Under the pieces are notes generated by a model, which was not told the origin of the DNA, did no database searches, and saw only the letters and a list, made by a program, of their open reading frames with translations. From Planctomycetota bacterium (GTDB lineage: Bacteria; Planctomycetota; UBA8108; SXIK01), in NCBI GenBank assembly GCA_965223845.1, contig CBDCXR010000004.1, forward strand, positions 3,787,334-3,851,333: DNA of 64,000 nt, read 5' to 3'. Shown here piece after piece: positions 56,262 to 64,000 of the stretch. Each line of letters begins with the position of its first letter. Position 1 is the stretch's first letter. Both the position numbers and the translations under genes were made by a program.

Positions 56262-58388
56262 TCACTCGCCCGCTTTGTCTTCGCTTCCCTCTTCGGACGA
56301 CTCGGAGTCCTCGTCCTTCTCCTTCTCCGGAGCGTACTCGAGCTCCGGAGCCGGCGGTTCACCGCCGTCGCCTTTCAAGTAGTGCTCGAACCACCGCAGC
56401 ATCCGCAGGTGGTAATCGAAGCGCGCCGCCGACTTCCGGTTGCCGTGGCCTTCTCCCGGATAGAGGACGAGGCGCACGGGTGTCTTCCCGAGATGGCGAA
56501 GGTGACGGTAGAGCTCCATCGACTGGCTCGGATGGACGCGGGTGTCCTCTTTACCGTGGAGAATGAGGAGTGGCGTGCGCGACTTCTCGACGTGGTAGAT
56601 GGGACTTCGTTCGAGGAACCATTCCCAATTGCCGTAGAGTTTCTTTCGCGCGTGGACGAGGAACATCTCGTTCGGGATGTCCGTCGTACCGAACTTCGAG
56701 ATTTGATCGCTGATACCGACGAACATCACGCCAGCCGCGAAGCGCTCGGAGTGATAGGTCGAGCACCACGCCGTCGCGAAGCCGCCGTAGGACCCGCCCG
56801 TGACACCGACTTTATCCTTGTCGACGAGTCCGATCGAAACGAGGTGATCGACGGTGTCGACGAGGTCGTCGAACTCCTTCCCCGCGTAGTCACTCTGGCC
56901 GAGCTTCGAGAACGCGACTCCGCGTCCCGTACTGCCGCGGTAGTTGGGGTGGAACACCGCAAAGCCGCGTGCCGAGGCGACCTGACCCGGTCCCGAGTAG
57001 AACGATGTCCACCCGTTTCGATCGTGAGCCTCGGGTCCACCGTGAACGCGAAGGATCAGCGGGTACCGTTCGCCCTCTTTCTCGTCGAGCGGTCGAATCA
57101 GGATCCCCTCGAGCTCGAGACCGTCGCGCGCTTTGTAGCGGACGATCTCCTGCTTCGCAAAGCGCATCGCGTCGAGCCAGTCGTTGCTCGTCGTCAAACG
57201 ACGCGGCGATTCTTCCGATGTCCGGAGCGCAAAGACCTCATTCGGGTACTCGGGATGACTCGAGAGGAACGCGATGCGCGAGCCGTCGCGCGAGATCGAG
57301 AGATCGGACGCGACGAGCGATCCCTTCTCGACGAGCACACGCGGCTTCTCGGCGTCGATGTGATACTCGCCGATCGAGCACGTCGCCCCGACCGAGGCGA
57401 TGTAGCTCACGGTGAAGTCGTCCTTCCAAACGATCGCGTCAAAGTCGCCCTCTCCCGGAAACGGAAGCTGCTTCGGCGCGCCGCCGACGGCGGGTACGAC
57501 CATGAGTCGCCCGGCGTTCGGATCGTGGATGTCCTCGGCCGAGAGAAACGCGAGCTTCGTTCCGCTCGGATTCCAGGCGAGGGGCCCGAGCTTCCCCGGC
57601 GTGTCGAAGACGGCGAAGACTTGCGCCGACTCGACGTCGACCACGTGGATCTTTCGCTTCATGAACCAGTCGTCGATGAGCGGGGTCGGCGCGATCGTGA
57701 GCGCGAGGCGGTCGCCGCGCGGCGACCAGTGAAGATCGGACGGGAATCCCTCGATCTCGAGCGCTCGCGGCTCATCGTCGCTGTTGATCGAGCCGACGAG
57801 GACGCGCGTCGGGCGAAACTCTTCTTCGTAGATCTGCTGATTGAAACCCTTCTCGACGAGAGACTTTCGATCGTCGGCGACCGGGTCGGTCGCGATGAAC
57901 GCGACGCGCTTCCCGTCCGGACTCCACGAGTAGGACGCTATGTCACTCTTATGAGAGAGAACCTTGCTCGCCTCACCACCGTCGATCGGGATGACGTAAA
58001 GACTTCGGTGAGCGTCTTTCCCGCGTTTCGCGAGAAACGAAATTCCGGTTCCGTCGGGCGTCCACTCGACTTGACCGACGCTCACTTCACCGCTCACGTA
58101 CGGTCGCGAAGTGCCGTCCGCGCCGATCACGTGAAGCTCGGCCCACGACGAGCCGGACGGCTCGGCGACCGGCGTTCTCGGGACGCGGAGAACGTACGCG
58201 ATGCGCTGCCCGTCCGGCGCGATCCGCGCGGACGAGACCATGCGGAGCTTCGCCACGTGCTCGGGAGTGAACACCTCGCCGGCGGAGTCGTTCGCGACCG
58301 GAGTGTCCGAGTCGTCCGCGGCGACGGCGAGAGTGGCGATGCTGGCGAAGAGCGCGGCGGACGCAACAAGCACAGTACGTTCGTTCAT
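56262..58388 (-). CDS. S9 family serine peptidase (prolyl oligopeptidase / acylaminoacyl-peptidase type) with N-terminal beta-propeller
   Basis: Signal peptide MNERTVLVASAALFASIATLAVA. TolB/WD40-like repeats (SPDG.R.AF). Nucleophile elbow GGSYGGFATAW; PLLILHGKEDTRV; PGEGHG. Acidic C-terminal tail. Confidence 0.9.
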   Translation of the reverse strand: MNERTVLVASAALFASIATLAVAADDSDTPVANDSAGEVFTPEHVAKLRMVSSARIAPDGQRIAYVLRVPRTPVAEPSGSSWAELHVIGADGTSRPYVSGEVSVGQVEWTPDGTGISFLAKRGKDAHRSLYVIPIDGGEASKVLSHKSDIASYSWSPDGKRVAFIATDPVADDRKSLVEKGFNQQIYEEEFRPTRVLVGSINSDDEPRALEIEGFPSDLHWSPRGDRLALTIAPTPLIDDWFMKRKIHVVDVESAQVFAVFDTPGKLGPLAWNPSGTKLAFLSAEDIHDPNAGRLMVVPAVGGAPKQLPFPGEGDFDAIVWKDDFTVSYIASVGATCSIGEYHIDAEKPRVLVEKGSLVASDLSISRDGSRIAFLSSHPEYPNEVFALRTSEESPRRLTTSNDWLDAMRFAKQEIVRYKARDGLELEGILIRPLDEKEGERYPLILRVHGGPEAHDRNGWTSFYSGPGQVASARGFAVFHPNYRGSTGRGVAFSKLGQSDYAGKEFDDLVDTVDHLVSIGLVDKDKVGVTGGSYGGFATAWCSTYHSERFAAGVMFVGISDQISKFGTTDIPNEMFLVHARKKLYGNWEWFLERSPIYHVEKSRTPLLILHGKEDTRVHPSQSMELYRHLRHLGKTPVRLVLYPGEGHGNRKSAARFDYHLRMLRWFEHYLKGDGGEPPAPELEYAPEKEKDEDSESSEEGSEDKAGE

Positions 58389-58734
58389 GACGATTCGTTT
58401 CCGTCGAAAGACAAGCACACCCGCAGAGCGGCGGACAAAACTCCCGCTCTGGTTGCTGGTGCGCGCAAGATCGGAGGCGCCGCCCGCATCGGAGGTCGGG
58501 TTCCGGCGCACGAAGACCATCGGATTTCGAGACCCACGGTCACGATGACCGCGCGCTTCTTCCGGGTCAACCGATTCCTAGCGTCGGCATCAGCGGGCGC
58601 GATCTTCGGCGCGGGAACGTCCAAAGCGCCGGGACGGGGTTTTCGGAACGAGCTCCACTCGTCCGGCCGCCCGCGCTTCAGCCGGACGGGGGCGCGGCGG
58701 AGAAACTGTCCGAAATCCCGACGAACGGGCCCTC

Positions 58735-59991
58735 TCAGTCCTTGGGGCGGAGCAGCGCCAGCGCACGCGCGGCCGCGGCGGCTCGAGCTCCGCCTCGCGC
58801 CGACTCCGCACGAAAGAGCGCGACGACGTCCGCTCGGTCGACGCCCTTCGTCCTCGGCTCGATACCGCCGAGGAGACGGACGACGTACGCGACTTCGTCG
58901 TCCGATTCACTCGCGCCGGCCAGCTCGAGGAGCCGAGCGATCGCGGGATCGTCGCCGCGCCGAGCGAGGACCCAGAGGATCCGCCGGCGCTCGTCCGCAT
59001 CCTTCGCCTCGCGAGAGCGCGCGACGAGCGCCGCGGTCATTCGCGGTCCGGGGAGCAGCACCGCCGCCTCGAGCGCGGCGCCGCGGATCTGGCGATTCGC
59101 ATCGCCCGTCGCCGCCGCGATGCGCGCGATCTCACTCTGGAGACCCGCGCGCGCGAACCCGATGAGCGCCGCGCAGTGCTCGGCGATCCCGAGGCTCGTC
59201 GCTCGATCGTAGATGCGACGCGCCGTCCCGCGCTCGGAGTTCGCCACGAGACTGTCGGCGAGCCGAAGATACGCCCGGCGAACGCGCAGGTGATCGATCC
59301 CCTCGGTCGTGCGGAGCGCCTCCTCGAGGACGCTAACGGACGAAATCTCACCGATGAGTGCGAGCGATTCGATCGCGACGAGGCGAACTTCCCGATCCTC
59401 GTCGCGCGCAGCTTCGAGCAGGTGCTGAACGGCCAGCGCGTCCTTGCGCAGTCCCATCGCTCGGAGGACGCCGAGTCGCAGATTCCCCGTCGCGCCCGAG
59501 AGCGCATCGCGGAGCGCCTTCTTCACGGTGACGACAGGGATCCGTTCGAGCGCACGCCGCGCGGCTTCGCGGACGGCCGCCTCGCCGTGCCCGCCGAGGA
59601 TCGACGCGAGCGGCCGCACGGATTCGTACTTTCCCAGTCGTCCGATCTCCTCGATGAGCGCGACGCGAGCCCGGAGCGGAAGCTCCGCCTCGAGGGCGGC
59701 GAGGGCGGACTTGACGAACTCACGCCTCGCGCCATCCGCACCGGGGCGTCCGCTCTCCGCACTCGCACGTTCCAGCCGGTCCGCACCGCGCGCAAACTCG
59801 CTCGGCTCTTCGCTCGCAAGCTGCGAGACGATCGCAGCGAACGGCGGCGGATCCTGGGCGCGAGCTCCGTCGGCGAGGAATGCAAGCGCGAACGGGATGA
59901 TCGACAAGAAGATCGGCAGCGCACGCGACGGCGCGAACGGTCTCGACCGGCGCGCCAGCGCGACGACAAGGAAACAGGCGTTCGAATTCAT
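58735..59991 (-). CDS. exported HEAT-repeat protein (partner of Gfo/Idh/MocA gene, module 1)
   Basis: N-terminal hydrophobic signal/anchor. Repeats of the type D..VR..A...L (AVREAARRALERIP, DREVRLVAIESLALIG, NRQIRGAALEAAVLL). Colinear with the partial protein at 63157-64000. Confidence 0.7.
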   Translation of the reverse strand: MNSNACFLVVALARRSRPFAPSRALPIFLSIIPFALAFLADGARAQDPPPFAAIVSQLASEEPSEFARGADRLERASAESGRPGADGARREFVKSALAALEAELPLRARVALIEEIGRLGKYESVRPLASILGGHGEAAVREAARRALERIPVVTVKKALRDALSGATGNLRLGVLRAMGLRKDALAVQHLLEAARDEDREVRLVAIESLALIGEISSVSVLEEALRTTEGIDHLRVRRAYLRLADSLVANSERGTARRIYDRATSLGIAEHCAALIGFARAGLQSEIARIAAATGDANRQIRGAALEAAVLLPGPRMTAALVARSREAKDADERRRILWVLARRGDDPAIARLLELAGASESDDEVAYVVRLLGGIEPRTKGVDRADVVALFRAESARGGARAAAAARALALLRPKD

Positions 59992-60026
59992 GGTGACGAG
60001 CTTCTAGTGGCGAGAGCGATCGACGA

Positions 60027-61253
60027 CTATATCTGGTACGGAGCCCGCATCGGACGGTCGAGCCAACGCGAGGCCGCTTCGTCGTCGACGATTTCTTCCT
60101 TGGCCGGATCCCAGCGGATCGTGCGACCGAGCCAGATCGCGATGTTCGAGAGATGACACACCGTGACCGAGCGCGCGCCGATTTCGACGTCGGCGACCGG
60201 CTCGTCGCGCGTGGTCATGCAGTTCCACCAATCGCGATGGTGTCCGGGGCTCCGGTAGAGTTTCACCGCCGGACTCGCGAGCTCGGCTCCGAGCTCCGCG
60301 GGATCCGCCGCGAATTTGCCGCGGTTCACGGTGATCGAGCCGGCCGACCCGACGAACTTGACCCCGTCGGCCGCTACCTTGCCGCAGCGCACCGTGACAC
60401 CGTTCTCGTAAACGATCGTCACGTACTCTTTTCCAGATTCGGGCGGGCGAACCTCTACCGGTCCGCTGCGCTCGTACCCGAGACCCCATTGCGCGATGTC
60501 GAGATGGTGAGCTCCCCAATCGGTCATCGTGCCGCCGGAAAACTCGCGGTACGCCCGCCAGCTCCCGGGGTGGAGCTTCCGATTGTAGTCACGCCACGGC
60601 GCGGGTCCGATCCAGCGGTCCCAATCGAGTCCCGATGGTACCGGCTCGGCGGGGAGGCGACAGGGTCGCGACGATCCCCATACGCTCACGAGGACTTCCT
60701 TGACCGCTCCAATTCGACCATTTCGAACGAGCTCGCAGGCGCGATGGAACTCCGCGCCCGAGCGCTGCTGACTCCCGACTTGAACGACGCGAGCGTAGCG
60801 ACGCGCGGCGTCGACCATCTTTCGTGCCTCGACGACGGTGAGGCTGAGCGGCTTTTCGCAGTAGACGTCCTTCCCCGCTTCACACGAGTGGATCGCCGGA
60901 AGCGCGTGCCAGTGATCGGGCGTCGCGATGACGACCGCGTCGACGTCCTCCCGGTCGAGGAGCGCGCGATAGTCGTTCGTCTTGAAACACGCCGAGCCAA
61001 CGCGGGCGGCGGCGGCGTCACGCTTCGACGCGTCGACGTCGCAGACCGCGACCGACGGGTGGGACTTGCTCGTCGCATATCGGCCGAGGTGTCCGTTTCC
61101 CATGCCGCCGACACCGATGTGTCCGATTCCGACGCGCTCGTTCGCATCGGGACGAAACGCCGTCCCGATGGCCCCTGGACGAGCGATCGCCGGAGCGACG
61201 AGTCCGGCTCCGAGCGCGCCTAGGAACGAGCGACGACTGACGCGCCGAGACAT
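60027..61253 (-). CDS. TAT-exported Gfo/Idh/MocA family oxidoreductase (module 1)
   Basis: Twin-arginine signal MSRRVSRRSFLGALGAG. Rossmann VGIGHIGVGGMG. DAVVIATPDHWHA and VYCEKPLS. C-terminal RSPGHHRDWWNCM. Confidence 0.9.
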   Translation of the reverse strand: MSRRVSRRSFLGALGAGLVAPAIARPGAIGTAFRPDANERVGIGHIGVGGMGNGHLGRYATSKSHPSVAVCDVDASKRDAAAARVGSACFKTNDYRALLDREDVDAVVIATPDHWHALPAIHSCEAGKDVYCEKPLSLTVVEARKMVDAARRYARVVQVGSQQRSGAEFHRACELVRNGRIGAVKEVLVSVWGSSRPCRLPAEPVPSGLDWDRWIGPAPWRDYNRKLHPGSWRAYREFSGGTMTDWGAHHLDIAQWGLGYERSGPVEVRPPESGKEYVTIVYENGVTVRCGKVAADGVKFVGSAGSITVNRGKFAADPAELGAELASPAVKLYRSPGHHRDWWNCMTTRDEPVADVEIGARSVTVCHLSNIAIWLGRTIRWDPAKEEIVDDEAASRWLDRPMRAPYQI

Positions 61254-61868
61254 CGCGATCCTCCGAGCTGGTTTCGGTCGAGATGAGCCGCGCCCGCGTC
61301 GCGTCACATCGCCATCGAGCTGAAGCGAGCCCCGCGCGCGGAGGAACCGAACGACCGCGAAGGCAGCAACAGCGGTAAATCGAGAACGTAATCCCAGGAA
61401 AGGATAGTCCACCGTGCGCGCGATGACAGCTCTCTCGTCCGTTCGATTTGTCGATTCCGGCGTGCTGAGACGGGCGCTGCGCTTGTGTTCGACGAGACTC
61501 GGCACGGGGCGATTCGATTTAGCCGGGAACTAGCGCGTTCGCTCTCCTCCGACAAACAACGGACGAATCCTCCCCGGCTCGAGACGCGAGGCGCGAACGG
61601 GACGACTCCCGATCGGGCGAGCCGTGAGACGGGATCGATACCGCTTTCGCCCACGGATGCTCTGTCGTGAATCCGCGACGATCGTCTGGAAACACGTGCC
61701 GTTCGGTTCGCGATGCCGACCGATGTCCCTCGTTTTCTGACGGCGAACCGATTCGCGCGCGGACCCCCAGCTCACGACTCGTGTTCAGGCGACCGAACTC
61801 TTAGCTCGATCGCGCTCCGAGGCCGGTAGAATGACGCGCAACGAGAATCCACTGAGCGAGGTATCAAG

Positions 61869-63143
61869 ATGGCAGAACGCTCGACCCGACGGCGGTTTCT
61901 AAAGCGCGCGGCGCAGATCGGAGCGGCCGCGAGCGCACCGGCGATTTTTCCGCACGGAATGCTCGGTGCGGCATCGCCGAACGAGCGCATCGTCACCGGT
62001 CATATCGGCGTCGGCGGCATGGGCACGGGACAGCTCCGCGGCTCGTTTCTTCAGAACGCGGGGGCGATTTGCGATGTCGACGAAAACCACCTCCGCCGCG
62101 CCGCTCGTCTCGTCGGTCGGTACGTCCCGCTCTACCGCGACTTTCGCGAGCTCCTCGACCAGCGTGACATCGACGGCGTCGTCGTCGCGACGCCCGATCA
62201 CTGGCACGCAGTGCAGACTGTCTACGCGTGCGAAGCGGGAAAGGACGTCTACTGTCAGAAGCCCCTCAGCCTCACCGTCGAAGAAGGGCTCAAGATGAAA
62301 GCCGCCGCGGATCGCTGCGGGCGCATCATCCAAGTCGGCTCGCAGGGACGCTCGACGCGCGCCGCGTACAAGGCCTGCGGTTACGTTCGGAACGGACAGA
62401 TCGGCCGCGTGAAGGAAGTGCGCTGCTGGCACTACGCCAATCCCGTCGGGGGCTTCAAACCCGACGAGCCGCCGCCTCCGCACCTCGACTGGGATCTCTG
62501 GCTCGGTCCGGTTCGCTACGTGCCCTACAACGTCGACCGCTGTCACTTCAATTTTCGTTGGTTCCTCGAGTTCGGTGGCGGACAGATCCGCGACCGCGGC
62601 GCGCACGTCATGTCCGTTGCGCTGTGGCTGCTCGGCGCCGACACGCAGCCGCTTCACTCGGTCGAAGCAACGGGAACGGCTCCCAAGGAGGGCATCTGGG
62701 ATTGTCCCGTCGACATGGAGGTGAAGTACGAGTTCAAGGACCCGGACTGGACGATGTACTGGCTCCAGCCCGGCGAGCCGCAGCGCGGTGCGGGCTACGG
62801 CGCGACGTACCTCGGGGAGAAGGGAAACCTCATCGTCACCGGAGGAGACGGCGGCTGCGGCACCGAGGAAAAAGCGATGCAGTACACTCCGCCCTCCGAT
62901 GGAGTTCAGCCGTACAAGAGTCCTGGTCACGAACGCGATTGGCTGAATTGCATGAAGACGCGGGAGAAGCCGATCATGCACATCGACGCGGGTCTCGCGG
63001 TCGCCAATCTGTGCATTCTGGGGAACATTTCGTACATCCTCGGACGCGAGCTCCGGTGGGATGCCGAGACGAATCGTGTGATCGGTGACGCGGAGGCGAA
63101 CCGGATGCTCGCTCGGCCAAATCGCACGCCGTGGCGGATTTGA
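61869..63143 (+). CDS. TAT-exported Gfo/Idh/MocA family oxidoreductase (module 2, paralogue of 60027-61253)
   Basis: MAERSTRRRFLKRAAQIGAA, VTGHIGVGGMG, DGVVVATPDHWHA, VYCQKPLS and KSPGHERDWLNCM are colinear with module 1. Confidence 0.9.
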   Translation: MAERSTRRRFLKRAAQIGAAASAPAIFPHGMLGAASPNERIVTGHIGVGGMGTGQLRGSFLQNAGAICDVDENHLRRAARLVGRYVPLYRDFRELLDQRDIDGVVVATPDHWHAVQTVYACEAGKDVYCQKPLSLTVEEGLKMKAAADRCGRIIQVGSQGRSTRAAYKACGYVRNGQIGRVKEVRCWHYANPVGGFKPDEPPPPHLDWDLWLGPVRYVPYNVDRCHFNFRWFLEFGGGQIRDRGAHVMSVALWLLGADTQPLHSVEATGTAPKEGIWDCPVDMEVKYEFKDPDWTMYWLQPGEPQRGAGYGATYLGEKGNLIVTGGDGGCGTEEKAMQYTPPSDGVQPYKSPGHERDWLNCMKTREKPIMHIDAGLAVANLCILGNISYILGRELRWDAETNRVIGDAEANRMLARPNRTPWRI

Positions 63144-63156
63144 GGAGGGACGGACC

Positions 63157-64000
63157 ATGAGATACCACGCACTCGCGATCGCGATCGCCACCTCGCTGCT
63201 CCTCGCCGCTGCCTCCCCGATCCGCGCGGAGACTCCCGCCACCGAAACCGTCCCCGATCCGGCGGCCGACCGCGCCGTCGCGAAGCTCGTCGAACAGGTC
63301 ACATCGGACGACAAGGACGTCCGCTACGCCGCTCGATCGGCGGCGCGTACGCTCGGGGCGCGGGCGATCAACCCGCTCGGCCGGCTGCTCGAGCACGAGA
63401 GCCGCGAAGTTCGGATCACGGCGCTCCGAGCGCTCGAGCAGATCGTGCATCACGCCGGTCGACCTGGTGCGGCTCGAGAGGCGCTCGCGGCGAGCCGGTC
63501 GTTGGCTCGGGTCGTCCGCTCGGACTCCCCGCAGTGGGTGAAGCTCGAGCTTCTCAGTCTCGTCGCGCACATTGGCGGGGACGCGATCGTTCCCCGCGTG
63601 AGCGGCTTCCTCCACGACCCCGATCCGCACGTCCGCGAGACGGCGCGCCTCGCCCTCGAGCGCATCCCAACGCGCGCGGCGAGCGGAGCTCTCATTCGCG
63701 CGGTGCGCGAATCGACCGGCGCAGATCGCGTCGCGTTTCTGTTCTCGCTCGGGAAGAAGCGTGACCCCGCGCTGACATCGTTTCTCCTCAGTCAGGCGTA
63801 CGACAGAGACGAAGAGGTCCGCCTCGCCGCACTCCGCGCGCTCGCGCACGCCGGTGCGCCGGAGGCTCAGCCGGCGTTTCGAGACGAGATCCAGCGCTCG
63901 GAGTCTCACGAGCGCGCTCAGCTGTTCGGAGAACTGCTCCGTCTCGCCGACGAGCTCGCAGACGCGGGTCGCTCGGGCGTCGCACGCCACCTGTTCGGCG
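63157..64000 (+). CDS. exported HEAT-repeat protein, 3' end outside window (module 2)
   Basis: Not in the ORF track because it has no stop inside the window. GAGGAGG lies 8 nt upstream of ATG 63157. My own translation gives the signal peptide MRYHALAIAIATSLLLAAASPIRA followed by DKDVRYAARSAARTLG, SREVRITALRALEQI, DPHVRETARLALERIP and DEEVRLAALRALAHAG. Confidence 0.7.
   Translation, partial: MRYHALAIAIATSLLLAAASPIRAETPATETVPDPAADRAVAKLVEQVTSDDKDVRYAARSAARTLGARAINPLGRLLEHESREVRITALRALEQIVHHAGRPGAAREALAASRSLARVVRSDSPQWVKLELLSLVAHIGGDAIVPRVSGFLHDPDPHVRETARLALERIPTRAASGALIRAVRESTGADRVAFLFSLGKKRDPALTSFLLSQAYDRDEEVRLAALRALAHAGAPEAQPAFRDEIQRSESHERAQLFGELLRLADELADAGRSGVARHLFG

Noticed and set aside
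58385-58624. 79-aa minus-strand ORF overlapping the S9 peptidase start
   Set aside because: Arg/Ala-rich and out of frame with a well-supported signal-peptide start at 58388.
61304-61654. 116-aa minus-strand ORF in the large divergent intergenic region
   Set aside because: Ser/Arg-rich with no motifs, no SD-like site and low GC3 coding signal compared with its neighbours.

Overview
Gene-dense, very GC-rich (judged by eye, not computed) chromosomal segment with about 47 protein-coding genes. Most are on the minus strand and many are joined by 4-nt start/stop overlaps. I found no rRNA, tRNA, CRISPR array, transposase, integrase or phage genes. Gene order: (1) a 5'-truncated hypothetical. (2) A metal ABC importer (cluster A-I type) whose two ABC-3 permeases both carry C-terminal DtxR/MntR-like DNA-binding tails. 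(3) An alpha/beta hydrolase. (4) A ThuA-like + DUF1080 fusion. (5) sdhCAB with a single cytochrome b subunit. (6) A PfkB kinase coupled to a secreted PQQ-like beta-propeller. (7) Carboxynorspermidine synthase and decarboxylase. (8) A secreted jelly-roll protein ending in a dockerin-like module. (9) A mannitol-dehydrogenase-family protein. (10) An orphan two-lipoyl-domain E2 acyltransferase convergent with lipB. (11) glnD-glnK-amtB. (12) An ECF sigma/anti-sigma pair. (13) A CUT2 sugar ABC transporter preceded by an overlapping CaCA antiporter. (14) A split Tm-1-like pair (UPF0261 + PEP-hydrolase-like TIM barrel). (15) trkA-trkH-rhomboid. (16) A DUF1800-DUF1501 pair divergent from a dockerin-like + CxxCH protein. 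(17) A very large periplasmic-propeller sensor kinase preceded by a tiny CxxC membrane protein. (18) A PIG-L deacetylase fusion. (19) An S9 peptidase. (20) A mirror-image pair of [TAT-exported Gfo/Idh/MocA oxidoreductase + exported HEAT-repeat protein] modules. This repertoire suggests a Planctomycetota-like (PVC) organism, which is inference only. No classic defence or mobile system is visible. The candidates I rate most worth follow-up are: the Cys-bearing dockerin-like module shared by three unrelated secreted proteins around a Ca-loop-decorated DUF1800/DUF1501 cluster; the permease-repressor fusions; the small CxxC protein coupled by a TTGA overlap to a sensor kinase whose H-box histidine appears replaced; and the mirrored Gfo-HEAT modules. 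All family assignments come from motif recognition by eye. No database search or computation was run.
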